Source: Candidatus Woesearchaeota archaeon
GTDB lineage: Archaea; Nanobdellota; Nanobdellia; Woesearchaeales; JABGXB01
Assembly (NCBI GenBank): GCA_018675975.1
Contig: JABGXB010000002.1
Coordinates: forward strand, 442,098-506,097
Direction: 5' to 3'
Length of the DNA: 64,000 nucleotides
In this document: positions 29,173 through 40,059 of the stretch, piece after piece
Layout: each line of letters begins with the position of its first letter
Numbering within the stretch: the first letter of the stretch is position 1
Program-made: the position numbers and the translations under genes
The notes under the pieces: generated by a model
Told to the model about the DNA's origin: nothing
What the model saw: the letters and a program-made list of their open reading frames with translations, nothing else
Database searches by the model: none

Positions 29173-31416
29173 TTGAATAAATTAGTTTTATGGGCAAAAG
29201 ATGTAAATAAATCAATGGTTGATATTGTTGGTGGAAAATCTGCAAATTTGGGTGAATTATATAATATTGATATACCAATTCCTGATTGTTTTTTTTTAAC
29301 TGCTCAGTCTTATGAATATTTTATTAAAGAAAATAATTTGTGGCCAAGAATAAAAAACATTTTAGATTTAATTGATTATTCATCTCCAAAATCATTGGAT
29401 GTTGCTAGTAATAATATATCAAAATTAATTTTAAATACTCCTGTTCCAATTAATATTAAAAAAACAATAATTAAAAATTATAATTTAATGAGTGAAAAAT
29501 TTGTTGCGGTTAGAAGTAGTGCGACGGCTGAAGATTTGCCTGAAGCAAGTTTTGCGGGTCAACAAGCTACTTTCTTAAATGTTAAGGGTGAACTTGAAGT
29601 TGTAGATGCAGTTTTAAATTGTTGGGCTTCTCTTTTTACTGCACGGGCAATATATTATAGACATAAAAATAATTTTGATCATTCAAAAGTTTATATTGCT
29701 GTAGTTGTTCAAAATATGGTTAATAGTAGAAGAAGTGGAATTTGTTTTACTAATAATCCTGCAAATAGTAATTCGCAAGAAATTGTTGTTGAAGCTGGTT
29801 TTGGTTTGGGTGAAACTATTGTTAGTGGTTCAGTTAGTCCTGATACATATGTATTAAATGGAAATAGTTTTGAAATTTTATCAAAACATATTGGAAATCA
29901 AGAATATGCTTTAATACGGAATGATGATGGTGGTAATGATAAATTAAATTTAAATGATAAAGAAAAAAATAGTCAAAAATTATTAGATGAGGAAATTGTA
30001 AATTTAGCTGAATTAGCTAAAAAAATAGAAAGACATTATGGTAAACCACAAGATATTGAATTTGCTTTTAATGATAAACAATTATATATTGTTCAATCTA
30101 GGGCAATTACTACAATTAAAAAAAATAAAACTGATGTGGAAAATAAAATCAATGCAGAATCAATTTTAAAAGGGCTTGCAACAAGTCCAGGTATTGTTAG
30201 TGGTAGGGTTGTTTTTGTTAAAAATTTAGATGATCTTGAGAAAATAAAAAAAGGGGATGTTCTAGTTACAAAAATGACTACGCCGGATATGGTTCCTGCG
30301 ATGGAAAAATCTGTGGGTATTGTTACTGATGAAGGTGGTTTAACTTGTCATGCTGCAATTGTATCTCGTGAATTGGGTGTTCCAAGTGTTGTTGGTACTA
30401 AAAATGCAACTTCAATTTTAAAAGAAAATGATTTGATTACAATTGATGGGAATACTGGATTAATTTATATGGGTAATTTTGTTAAGGATATTGATGCAAA
30501 TAAAAACAAAAATGAAACTGAGAGAATTATTGGTAAAACAAAAACTAAAATTAAATTAATTGTGGATATTCCTTCAACTGCAAAAACAAAAAGTAAATTA
30601 TTAAGTGATGGTGTTGGTCTTATTAGGGCTGAATTTTTTATTAGTCAAAGTGGGGTTCATCCGATTCATTATATTAAGAGTGGTTTGGATAAATATTCTC
30701 AAATAATTTATTCAGGACTTAAAGAAATTGCTGAAGCATTTAAACCAAGACCTGTTTGGTTTAGGACTAGTGATTTGAGAAGTGATGAATATAGAGGTCT
30801 TAAAGATGGGGATAAAATTCATACAGAAGATAATCCTATGATGGGTGAACATGGAATTAGATTTTCTTTAGCACATCCTGATTTATTAAAAGCAGAATTT
30901 ATTGGAATTAAAAAATTAATTGATGAGGGATATAAAAATATTGGTGTTATGTTACCTTTTATTATTCGTAGTGAGGAATTTACAGCTTCTAAAAAAATTG
31001 CTGAGTCTATTGGTTTAAAACCTAATGTTGATTTTAAATTAGGTATTATGTGTGAAACTCCTGGATCTGTATGGATTATGGAAGATATAATTCGTCAAGG
31101 TGCTAGTTTTATTTCTTTTGGTACTAATGATTTAACTCAATTAACTTTAGGTATTGATAGAAATAATCAAAATATTGCTCAATTATTTAATGAACTTCAT
31201 CCCGCGGTGGTTGGTCAAATTGAAAAAGTAATTAAAATTGCAAATAATTATGGTGTTGAAACAAGTATATGTGGACAGGCTGGATCAAATCCTGAAATGG
31301 CTGAAAAATTAGTTAAGTTGGGAATTAATAGTATTAGTGTTAATAGCGATTCTTTTTACAAAGTAAAAAATACTGTTTTTAAAGTCGAACAAAAAATAAA
31401 TGATTCTAATAAATAA
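29173..31416 (+). CDS. ppsA: Phosphoenolpyruvate synthase
   Basis: VGGKSANLGE, VAVRSSATAED, GGLTCHAAIVSRELG, SFGTNDLTQ; GAGGTG RBS, TTG start. Confidence 0.96.
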   Translation: MNKLVLWAKDVNKSMVDIVGGKSANLGELYNIDIPIPDCFFLTAQSYEYFIKENNLWPRIKNILDLIDYSSPKSLDVASNNISKLILNTPVPINIKKTIIKNYNLMSEKFVAVRSSATAEDLPEASFAGQQATFLNVKGELEVVDAVLNCWASLFTARAIYYRHKNNFDHSKVYIAVVVQNMVNSRRSGICFTNNPANSNSQEIVVEAGFGLGETIVSGSVSPDTYVLNGNSFEILSKHIGNQEYALIRNDDGGNDKLNLNDKEKNSQKLLDEEIVNLAELAKKIERHYGKPQDIEFAFNDKQLYIVQSRAITTIKKNKTDVENKINAESILKGLATSPGIVSGRVVFVKNLDDLEKIKKGDVLVTKMTTPDMVPAMEKSVGIVTDEGGLTCHAAIVSRELGVPSVVGTKNATSILKENDLITIDGNTGLIYMGNFVKDIDANKNKNETERIIGKTKTKIKLIVDIPSTAKTKSKLLSDGVGLIRAEFFISQSGVHPIHYIKSGLDKYSQIIYSGLKEIAEAFKPRPVWFRTSDLRSDEYRGLKDGDKIHTEDNPMMGEHGIRFSLAHPDLLKAEFIGIKKLIDEGYKNIGVMLPFIIRSEEFTASKKIAESIGLKPNVDFKLGIMCETPGSVWIMEDIIRQGASFISFGTNDLTQLTLGIDRNNQNIAQLFNELHPAVVGQIEKVIKIANNYGVETSICGQAGSNPEMAEKLVKLGINSISVNSDSFYKVKNTVFKVEQKINDSNK

Positions 31417-31441
31417 TATAAAATTATATAAATGAATTTAG

Positions 31442-32044
31442 TTGATTAACTGTATGTATATTTTTAATTCAAATTATAAATTTTCACAATTACATTTTAG
31501 AAGTTTGGGGTCTGAGAATATAGAAAAAAAAATATCTGTAATATCGGATGTTTCTTGGCTTAATATTTTTGGAGATAGTTTTAATGGATTAGATTATTTT
31601 GCAAATCGTGAACGAAGTTCATATGATTTAAATGAATTTGAAAATCATAAAGGTGAGAGTTGTGGTTTGGGCGATGTTATTATTTCTCCTTTTAAAACTG
31701 ATTTACCTGATTTATCTTTAAAATTAACTACTAGAGAAACAGAGAGTTTTGATTTTAAAATATCTTATTTGGATTATAGAAAATTATTATTTTTTAGTGA
31801 TTCAAACGTTCTTTTGGATTTAGTTTTAAAGCCAGTAATTTCTTATATTTTTCAAAATGATGTTTTAGCAGTTTTGTATGATAGAAGAGTGGAACTGTTG
31901 AATAAGTTGGATAAACTTGAATTGGGTTTTAAAGAGACAGAGAAAATTAATAATTTTGAATCATCTTCGGAGTATTGGATTAGGGATTTATCATCAAAAT
32001 CTTTTATTAGATGTGGTGGGGATAAACCATTTAATGATTTTTAA
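31442..32044 (+). CDS. Hypothetical protein
   Basis: About 200-aa ORF; start may be the ATG at 31454. Confidence 0.55.
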   Translation: MINCMYIFNSNYKFSQLHFRSLGSENIEKKISVISDVSWLNIFGDSFNGLDYFANRERSSYDLNEFENHKGESCGLGDVIISPFKTDLPDLSLKLTTRETESFDFKISYLDYRKLLFFSDSNVLLDLVLKPVISYIFQNDVLAVLYDRRVELLNKLDKLELGFKETEKINNFESSSEYWIRDLSSKSFIRCGGDKPFNDF

Positions 32045-32141
32045 TTTTTTATAATATATTTTATGATATACTCTTTATTATAACCTAATATTGTTGTTTA
32101 CATATGTTTAAATATTTGTTTATATTATAGTATTTAAGTAA

Positions 32142-34571
32142 ATGGTAAATATTCAATTTGTTCCTTATGATTCTTTTACTAAAGTAATTGATAATAAAAC
32201 TTGTTTTTTTATTACTGCTAAAACTTTAGATAGAAAAAGATTGATTTTAAATATTGATATGAACCCTTATTTTTTTTTATGTGTGAATGATGAACATATG
32301 AATTCTTTTGAGAATTTAATTCTTCCTAATTTAAAAAAGTTTAGTCAAATTATTGATGGTATTGAATTTAATATTGTAGATGTTAAAAAAACAGATTTTA
32401 AAAATAATTGTGGTGTTAATTATACTACTTTTAAAATTGAGATTAATAGGTTATTAAAATTAAATAAATTTTCTAATTTAATTTTAGATTATTTAAAAGA
32501 TAAGGGTGTTGATTCTTCTATTATTTTTGAAAATATTAAATTAAAAGATATTATTTTTAATGAAAAGAATATAATTCCTTTTAAATTATATGAAGGTGAT
32601 TGTGAAGTTATAGATGATTTGAAATTTAAATTATTTAGATGTGATTTTGTTTTAAATTTAAAAAATTGTGATTTAATTAGAAACTTAGATAATTCTGAAA
32701 TTGATTATGCAATTAATATTTTATATTTAGATTTTGTTTTTAAAAATGCAACGATTTTTGATCAAAATAATCCTTTATTATTAATTTCTTGTCATATAAG
32801 AAAGTTTACAAAAATTTTTCAATGGAAAATTCCAAATTTAAAAAATTGTGATTTTTGTGAAAGTGAGAGTAATATGTTTGAACAATTTTCTGATTTTTTA
32901 AATAAAATTAAACCGGATATTATAATAATAAATGATAATGATAATAAATTAAATTTATTTAATAATAGAAGTGATCGATATGGACAAAAATATTCTTTTT
33001 ATTATGATTTAAATGATTCGAATTTTAAAATAAATAATAAAAAAGGTTTAATTTTATTGGATTCTAAACGATTTCATAATAAGTTGCATTTATTTTCAAA
33101 TGTGAATTATAAAAATTTATATTATAAATTTTTTAGGGTGAAGTTTGACCCAATTTCAAAAGAATATATTTCTTCTATGTTATTGAATAAACGTGATGAA
33201 AATATTTTTTATATTATTGAGGAAAATAATAAATCTCATTATAATTTTTTTATTAATTTTTATTTGCAAATAGTAAAGGATTTGTGTGAGGAAATTTTAT
33301 GTGGTTTAGATTTTTTATCATTTTCGGATAGGGGTACTATTTTAAAATATTATCTAAATAATAAATATAGGCAAAATAAATATATTTTAAATAATTTAAA
33401 TGTTATTGCTGATTCAGATAATTTATTTTATGATTTTGCTCAAAAGAATGGAATTAAAAATAATTTGTTTCAATTGGATTTGTCATTTATTTACTCAAAA
33501 TTAATTGCTGATAATAATATTTCTTTTAATAATGATAATAATATATCTTTAAATAAAATAATTTTGGACAATTTATTTAATGATATTAAAACAATATATA
33601 GTGATGAATTTAGTACTTTTTTATTTTCAAATGCGATGTCATCTTTTTTTAATTTAAAATTTGAAACCTTTAACTATGGGCGTCCAATTTTTTTTAAATA
33701 TTTAACGAAATTATTTTTATATAATAATGTTGGTAAATTTATTTATTCTTTAATTGAGGATAAAGATGAATTTGATTGTGCTTTAATTGATTTTATAAGG
33801 ACTTTTTTGAGTAAAATTTCAGGTTCAAATTTTGAATTGATTTCTTTTAATAAAACGTTAATGTATTTACAAAACTCATCTTTGATTGAATTAAATGAAT
33901 CGGCCAAGGATACTTATTTAAAATTAAATGAATTTTTATTGGATATTTCTATTTTATTAAAGGAAATAAATATAATACATTTATTTTGTAATTTTAATTT
34001 TTTTATAACTAATTATATTTTTGATAATAATCGTATTTTTGGATTGGATTTTGATTTACTTCTTTATGGAAATATTAAAAAAAATATTAAAATTCTTGAG
34101 GTGATAAATAAACGAATTGCTTTTATTTTATTGGATTATGATTATTATAATGAAATAAACAGTTATTTTAATAATATGGATTTTTATAAGGAACATAATT
34201 TTTCTATTGATTTTAAAAAATCTGAGAAATTAAATTCGATCAATTTTTATAAAAATACGATTTTGACTCAAATGAATAATAATAAAATTGATTTTAATTT
34301 ATTATTGTCTAAAAGAAAAATTAATATGTCTTCTTCGGATTTTTTAATTGATTTTAAAAATAATAAGTTGTCAGATTTTTATGATGGCGAGTCTATAATT
34401 TATTTAGTTATGTTTGAAAAAACTGAAACTGGTTTGATTAGTAAAAAAATAATAATTAATGATCCTTTTGAATTTAAAGAAAAATTAAATCCTAATTATA
34501 ATATTAATATTCATTATTATTATATTATTGTAAATAAATATTTTGATTCAGTTATCAATTTATTAAAATAA
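32142..34571 (+). CDS. Highly degenerate, probably inactive family B DNA polymerase
   Basis: PolB-like N-terminus (MNPYFFL), exonuclease remnant ESESNMFEQF..FL..IKPDII, motif A remnant LDLSFIYSKLIADNNIS; no YGDTDS. Confidence 0.7.
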   Translation: MVNIQFVPYDSFTKVIDNKTCFFITAKTLDRKRLILNIDMNPYFFLCVNDEHMNSFENLILPNLKKFSQIIDGIEFNIVDVKKTDFKNNCGVNYTTFKIEINRLLKLNKFSNLILDYLKDKGVDSSIIFENIKLKDIIFNEKNIIPFKLYEGDCEVIDDLKFKLFRCDFVLNLKNCDLIRNLDNSEIDYAINILYLDFVFKNATIFDQNNPLLLISCHIRKFTKIFQWKIPNLKNCDFCESESNMFEQFSDFLNKIKPDIIIINDNDNKLNLFNNRSDRYGQKYSFYYDLNDSNFKINNKKGLILLDSKRFHNKLHLFSNVNYKNLYYKFFRVKFDPISKEYISSMLLNKRDENIFYIIEENNKSHYNFFINFYLQIVKDLCEEILCGLDFLSFSDRGTILKYYLNNKYRQNKYILNNLNVIADSDNLFYDFAQKNGIKNNLFQLDLSFIYSKLIADNNISFNNDNNISLNKIILDNLFNDIKTIYSDEFSTFLFSNAMSSFFNLKFETFNYGRPIFFKYLTKLFLYNNVGKFIYSLIEDKDEFDCALIDFIRTFLSKISGSNFELISFNKTLMYLQNSSLIELNESAKDTYLKLNEFLLDISILLKEINIIHLFCNFNFFITNYIFDNNRIFGLDFDLLLYGNIKKNIKILEVINKRIAFILLDYDYYNEINSYFNNMDFYKEHNFSIDFKKSEKLNSINFYKNTILTQMNNNKIDFNLLLSKRKINMSSSDFLIDFKNNKLSDFYDGESIIYLVMFEKTETGLISKKIIINDPFEFKEKLNPNYNINIHYYYIIVNKYFDSVINLLK

Positions 34572-34599
34572 GAAATAAAATTAAATAAAAAATAAAAAT

Positions 34600-35364
34600 T
34601 TAAAGTGCTTTTCTTAATTCTTCACTTTTCATTATTGCAATGTCAAACATTTTGTCAATGTCGTCAAGTGTAATTGAACTATTTCCGCCTTTTTGAACTG
34701 AGCATATTTTTTGATCTGGTAATATTCCAACAGTTAATCTATCATCTAATGCTTCTTCTTCTTCTTTTGTTGGATCAGTAATATAATAATTTCCAATTCT
34801 TACCACTGTTACGGGTACTGGTTCAACATTTATTGGTAATCCAATATCACTTTTAGCATCAAAATCAATGTCATCTCCATTAATTACTGGGAATCTACAA
34901 TTTTTTATTGCTGCAATTGCTGCAAGTCCACATGCATCCATTAAGTTTCCTGAGTCATTTATTGAAACAATATCAATCGAAACTTGCCAAACTTTTCCAT
35001 TTTTTAGTACTAATTTTTTAGTGTCAATTGCTTTTCCTTCTCTAATTCCTCTATCAACTACTCTTGCAAGTTCTATTGCTTTAAATTTTGGTGGTCCCAT
35101 TTCATAATCTTCTCCTGATAATGGTATTAATTCAACATTAACCATCAATGTACCTTCGTCAGGTGAATCAGAATATGGTTCTACTGGTGTTAATTTAATT
35201 CCTGCAATTACTTGAGTTTTTCCAATATTAACTTTTGCTGAACCCATTGCAGTTTCTATTACGTCATATTCAACTTTAACTTCTCTAAATTCAACCGGCC
35301 CTCTGCCATCAAATCTTGCATTTTGATTTAATAAATTATTTATGTATTTTTTATTATAACTCAT
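34600..35364 (-). CDS. rrp42: Exosome complex component Rrp42
   Basis: RFDGRGPVEFR, GSAKVNIGKTQV, ELARVVDRGIRE. Confidence 0.95.
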   Translation of the reverse strand: MSYNKKYINNLLNQNARFDGRGPVEFREVKVEYDVIETAMGSAKVNIGKTQVIAGIKLTPVEPYSDSPDEGTLMVNVELIPLSGEDYEMGPPKFKAIELARVVDRGIREGKAIDTKKLVLKNGKVWQVSIDIVSINDSGNLMDACGLAAIAAIKNCRFPVINGDDIDFDAKSDIGLPINVEPVPVTVVRIGNYYITDPTKEEEEALDDRLTVGILPDQKICSVQKGGNSSITLDDIDKMFDIAIMKSEELRKAL

Positions 35365-36068
35365 TTTTTATTCCCCGCTACTTCGTATCTTTCTTTTATT
35401 GCTTTTACCATAATTTCTTTTATGTGTTCTGCTGCAGGTTTTACTTTTGTTAATGCTTCCATTAACTCGTCTTTTGAAATTACACCATCTACTTGAAGTA
35501 ATGTAATTTCTCCTGTGCTTGGTAATATTGCACATGGTACATCTACTCCATGTTCATCGCTGTCTTCGATATAATCTAAATCAACAATAAGTTTATCTTT
35601 ATATTTTCCAACTCCAACTGCAACTGGTAAATCTAACATGTCTAAACCCGCTTCAGCAAGTGCCATTGATGCTGCACAAAGTCCTGCACATCTAGTTCCT
35701 GCATCTGCCTGTATGATTTCAATAAATACATCTATTACAGTTCCTGGGAATTTTTTTAAATTAACAACTTTATGTAGTGCTTGAGATGTAACTTCACTTA
35801 TTTCTTTACTTCTTCTATTACCACCAGGTCTAATTCTATCAGAACCACTTCCTGAAAATGGCATCATATTATAATTACATCTAAGTACTGCTTCTTTTGG
35901 ATTTTGTAAAAATTTTAAATGTAAATTTTTAGGTCCATAAACTGCCGCAATTGCAACAGTTTTTCCAATTTTAAACATTGCTGATCCATTTGCATTAGGA
36001 ACGACATTTACTTTTGCTTCGCAAGATCTTAATTCATCTGCTTTTCTTCCACTTGGTCTTGCTGTCAT
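35361..36068 (-). CDS. rrp41: Exosome complex exonuclease Rrp41
   Basis: RPSGRKADELR, AAVYGP, RRSKEIS, QADAGTRCA. Confidence 0.95.
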   Translation of the reverse strand: MTARPSGRKADELRSCEAKVNVVPNANGSAMFKIGKTVAIAAVYGPKNLHLKFLQNPKEAVLRCNYNMMPFSGSGSDRIRPGGNRRSKEISEVTSQALHKVVNLKKFPGTVIDVFIEIIQADAGTRCAGLCAASMALAEAGLDMLDLPVAVGVGKYKDKLIVDLDYIEDSDEHGVDVPCAILPSTGEITLLQVDGVISKDELMEALTKVKPAAEHIKEIMVKAIKERYEVAGNKK

Positions 36069-36069
36069 T

Positions 36070-36798
36070 TTATTGTTCCTCCTTTATTTCTTCTTCGTTT
36101 TCTTTACTTTTTAATTCACCATAAATACTTACGAAATGTTCTTTTATTCTTTCAGTTAATCCTTGTGTATGACTTTCTTCTTCAATTTTTCTTATTGCTT
36201 GTGATGCAATTAATTCATTTTCAGCTTCTCCTTGAATCCAAACAATTCCATTTTGTCCAACAATTAATCTGCAATTTGTGTATTGTTTAATTAATTGTAT
36301 CATGGAACCACCTTTTCCTATAATTCTTGGAACTTTAAAACTACCAACTTTAATTATTCTTCCATTGTGTAATCTTCTAAGTCCTGGTCCCTTTAAACTG
36401 ATGTCAACTAAATTTTGTCCAACAAGATTAACAACTTTACATGCGATATAATCTCCTGTATTTAATATTGCTTTAAGGTCTGCACCTTTAGGAATAAATT
36501 CATTTGTTGCTTCTTTTAATGAAAGAACTGCTGAATATGCTGAATTAGTTTGTACTCTCCATCCGGATATTAGTATTTCTGTAATCTGACATATTATTGT
36601 ATCTCCAATTTTTGGAAAATATTTTCCATTAATGTGAATCAACTTTATTGTTTTATCATGTAAATTTACAATTCCAACTCTATTCGCTAGAACTTTATCA
36701 TCCATTTTTCTTGTACCATAACTTGCTATATATTCATCACCTTCTGCAAGTACTTCTCCTGGTACGGCTATTTTTTTATCTTCTGTTAATAAACCCAT
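36070..36798 (-). CDS. rrp4: Exosome RNA-binding subunit Rrp4
   Basis: VPGEVL, S1 domain, KH motif KVPRIIGKGGSMI, GQNGIVWI. Confidence 0.95.
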   Translation of the reverse strand: MGLLTEDKKIAVPGEVLAEGDEYIASYGTRKMDDKVLANRVGIVNLHDKTIKLIHINGKYFPKIGDTIICQITEILISGWRVQTNSAYSAVLSLKEATNEFIPKGADLKAILNTGDYIACKVVNLVGQNLVDISLKGPGLRRLHNGRIIKVGSFKVPRIIGKGGSMIQLIKQYTNCRLIVGQNGIVWIQGEAENELIASQAIRKIEEESHTQGLTERIKEHFVSIYGELKSKENEEEIKEEQ

Positions 36799-36799
36799 T

Positions 36800-37498
36800 T
36801 TATTTCTCCTTTATTTCATATGAAACGCTACCGTGCGTTAATTCATTTAGTTTTGAGTGCAACTCTTCTGACTTACCTGCTGGAACTTTTACTTTAATTA
36901 AAACATTTCCCTGATCATCCCACAATTGAGATGCATTAGGATAATTATTTTTTATAATTCCTATTGCTTTACTTGAGTATTGATGAGCGATTCTAATTTC
37001 AACTTCAAAAATTTCAAATTTAATTGGAATCAATGTTTTTATTTTTTTAATTATTTGTTCAATTTGAATTTCGTCAGTTTCATGTTCATTTATTTTTATA
37101 TTTAATTCTTTAAAACATAATTCAATTCTCTGTCTTGGTATTGGAAGTTTTGTTTGTCCATCAATTGAGTTGGATACAATAGTACCAATTATTTTATTTG
37201 TTTTTTCTTCTAATAATGTTTTTTTATGATTTGCAGTTATTTGAATGTCTCCTTTTTTTATTATTTCAATTGCGATTTCTTCTATATTTGAAGTTCCAAA
37301 TGTTTCAACAAATTTTGATTCAGTAGCTAAAAACCCTTTTTTTGCATCGGAAAAAATTTTATAATCTGCAATTATATCTGCTAGATCAACATTATCTCCT
37401 TGTCTTAATTTTAATGCGTTTTGACAGTCAACTAATACTTCAAAACAGTCTCCATTTTTTTTTAATTTTGCAATTATTGCTTTATCTACTGATACCAT
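36800..37498 (-). CDS. sdo1: Ribosome maturation factor SBDS/Sdo1
   Basis: FEVLVD, IFSDAKKG, KKGDIQIT; position within the exosome operon. Confidence 0.93.
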   Translation of the reverse strand: MVSVDKAIIAKLKKNGDCFEVLVDCQNALKLRQGDNVDLADIIADYKIFSDAKKGFLATESKFVETFGTSNIEEIAIEIIKKGDIQITANHKKTLLEEKTNKIIGTIVSNSIDGQTKLPIPRQRIELCFKELNIKINEHETDEIQIEQIIKKIKTLIPIKFEIFEVEIRIAHQYSSKAIGIIKNNYPNASQLWDDQGNVLIKVKVPAGKSEELHSKLNELTHGSVSYEIKEK

Positions 37499-38215
37499 TT
37501 AAAATCCTATTTTTTTTAAATCATTTTTTCCCATTAATACAAATTTTTTATTTTCCTTTTCAACTATTCCAACTTCCATTCTTTCTAAACTAAATTCTTT
37601 TTCTAAAAATAATTTCATTGCTTTTATTCCTAATTTAATTCCTTCATTAATTGAAATATTTTCTTTGTATTCTTTTGTTAAAAATTCTTTAATCGTTTGT
37701 TCTCCTTCACCAATTACGCATGCTTTATATTCATTGTATATTCCACTTGGCTCTGTAATAAATAATCTTGCTCCTGTTGAATCAATTCCACCATAAATTA
37801 TACTAATTCCAAATGGTCTTATTCCACCTGATTGCGTAGTATATTGTTTTAAATTTGCAGTGTCTTTTACAATGTTTAAAATATCAATATCAGTATCGTA
37901 AGTTAATTTATTTTGTTGTGCTTTCATTTGTGATCTTTCAATTAATACTCTTCCATCACTTGTGATTCCAGCAGTTGCTGCCATTATGTGTGTATCAATT
38001 TCGTGTATTTTATCTACTGATGAGCTAATTTTTAATTTATCTACTACCCTTTTGTCTGCTACAATAACAATACCGTCTTTACATAAAAGACCTATTGCGG
38101 ATGTTCCATTTTTAACACATTTGTCTGCATATTCTACTTGTAGTAATCTCCCTTCTGGAGAGAATGTTGTAATTGCTCTATCATATCCCATTATTTGATG
38201 TTGTAAAGGTTGCAT
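37499..38215 (-). CDS. psmA: Proteasome alpha subunit
   Basis: GYDRAITTFSPEGRLLQVEYA, GGIRPFG. Confidence 0.97.
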   Translation of the reverse strand: MQPLQHQIMGYDRAITTFSPEGRLLQVEYADKCVKNGTSAIGLLCKDGIVIVADKRVVDKLKISSSVDKIHEIDTHIMAATAGITSDGRVLIERSQMKAQQNKLTYDTDIDILNIVKDTANLKQYTTQSGGIRPFGISIIYGGIDSTGARLFITEPSGIYNEYKACVIGEGEQTIKEFLTKEYKENISINEGIKLGIKAMKLFLEKEFSLERMEVGIVEKENKKFVLMGKNDLKKIGF

Positions 38216-38232
38216 TTTTTCACCTGTTTTTT

Positions 38233-38601
38233 TTATTTTATATTTTTTGACACATTTTCTTTTTTTAAATCTGTCAATATTTTATTTAATACACCACTTG
38301 TTTTAGTGGAATGTATTATTATTGGTTCACTATTTACTTTTTTTATTGTACTTGCAATTGTTTTAATAAAATTTAAATATTTAGTATTTGTTTTTACTAC
38401 AATATTACTTTTATCTGATAATTTTTTAATTATTTGAAATCCACTCATATTTAATCCAAATAATCCGATTATTTTTAATATAGAATTTTTAAATTCAATA
38501 ATAATTTGATCTAAATTTATTTTGTTTTTTGATAATATTTTAAATAAAATGTATCTTTTTTTAATTCTCAGGCTTGGTTTTAATATTTTTATCTTTTGCA
38601 T
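38233..38601 (-). CDS. rnp2: RNase P protein Pop5/Rpp14
   Basis: LKPSLRIKKRYILF...TSGVLNK; conserved position upstream of psmA. Confidence 0.85.
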   Translation of the reverse strand: MQKIKILKPSLRIKKRYILFKILSKNKINLDQIIIEFKNSILKIIGLFGLNMSGFQIIKKLSDKSNIVVKTNTKYLNFIKTIASTIKKVNSEPIIIHSTKTSGVLNKILTDLKKENVSKNIK

Positions 38602-38729
38602 TTTTATAACAATGTTTTTCTTAATTTAAGGTTTTTTTGCCTATGGAAAAAATCCTTCCTTCTTCTCTCACTTATATCTCTTAGAATAGGAATTAATATA
38701 TAAAGTTTACTTATAAGTAATATATAGTT

Positions 38730-39947
38730 TTATTGTGATTTAAACCATTTTGAGGCTTTTATGCCTTTTTGACCAATATATGAGCCTACTTTTTCTGTTT
38801 CTAATTGGTCTGTTAATACATAAAATAATTTCATATCGCTAATTACATAAACTCCTGGTTGAAATAGTTTATTTTCAAATACATCTATTTCATGCATTGG
38901 TTGTCCACAAAATGTTGTGTGGAATGCTGTTGCTGAATTAACGCCTGATGTTCCAAATACTTTATTTGGATATCTAGATAAAAATCCCATTAAATAATTT
39001 GGAAAATCAAAAAATTCACAACCCCTCATTAATAATGAATCAGGGAATTTTGCTCTAAATTTGCCATTTTCTATTTTTAATTCTTCAAAATAATCTGATG
39101 ATTGATATTGAAATCCGTCGCTATTGTAAATTTTAAATAAATCAACTGTTAATGCCTCTTCCCTTCTTGCTCTTAATGCAACTGTTTCTCCTTCATTTCC
39201 TCTAAGGTCTACATAAGTTAATACATTATTTGGTTGTTCAATTGATCTTGGATCTGTGATGTCATCTTCCATTTTTTTTTTAATCCAGTCTTCGGATTGA
39301 TATAATTTATTTAATTCAAAAAGATCCATTGGGCTTAAAATATTATGTCCTAAAAACCCTTGAGTTACATTTAGTGTTGGATAAATTATGGTATTAAAAT
39401 CTTTTGAGTGTATTTTTACCCATATTTTTTTTTTATTTTCATCTTTATTTTCAAATGATACAAAATCTAATTGTCCACTATAGTCTGCTAATGCCTCTAC
39501 TTGTATAAATGATCTTGCAAACCCGCTTTTTCCTGAGAATATTAAATATTTTGGTCCGTGAAATTTTTTTTCTTTTGGATCTGTAATCTGACTATCTACT
39601 GATATGTCTAATTGACAATAAACTATTCTGTTATTTGGAATTTCAAGTGTACCATCTAAATTTATTTTTGAAAATCCGCCACTACTTTCAATTATTTCTT
39701 CTATTGTTTGATTTGGACTTGGATAAATTCTATATTCGGGACTATTTGACATATATGCTTTTCCTGCTTTTAAAACAAAATCAAAACCATTTTTTGCTAT
39801 TTGTTTTTTTAAATTTAGATTTCCAGAATCACTTTTTAATAAACCTTGATCTATAAAACTCTTTAGAACGTGGTTTCCTAAAATATAACCTAATTGTTTT
39901 GGTATTTTTTCTTCTTCTCCATTTTTGAAAATATTAATTAATGGCAT
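38730..39947 (-). CDS. Divergent two-domain dCTP deaminase-like protein (DCD family)
   Basis: GKSGFARSFI resembles KSS.GR; C-terminal SYIGQKGIKASKWF resembles the long DCD family end. Confidence 0.6.
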   Translation of the reverse strand: MPLINIFKNGEEEKIPKQLGYILGNHVLKSFIDQGLLKSDSGNLNLKKQIAKNGFDFVLKAGKAYMSNSPEYRIYPSPNQTIEEIIESSGGFSKINLDGTLEIPNNRIVYCQLDISVDSQITDPKEKKFHGPKYLIFSGKSGFARSFIQVEALADYSGQLDFVSFENKDENKKKIWVKIHSKDFNTIIYPTLNVTQGFLGHNILSPMDLFELNKLYQSEDWIKKKMEDDITDPRSIEQPNNVLTYVDLRGNEGETVALRARREEALTVDLFKIYNSDGFQYQSSDYFEELKIENGKFRAKFPDSLLMRGCEFFDFPNYLMGFLSRYPNKVFGTSGVNSATAFHTTFCGQPMHEIDVFENKLFQPGVYVISDMKLFYVLTDQLETEKVGSYIGQKGIKASKWFKSQ

Positions 39948-40059
39948 AATTTAATTCTTTTAAGATCATTTAAATATATATATTATTTTTTATTATGTAT
40001 TTTTAATTTTATATTTTATTATTAATTAGTTTTATAAATGTGTATTTTGACTCCTAATT

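Noticed and set aside
38630..38655. Weak hairpin upstream of the pop5-exosome operon
   Set aside because: Mostly A/T homopolymer pairing with a mismatch and a bulge, which is expected by chance in this composition
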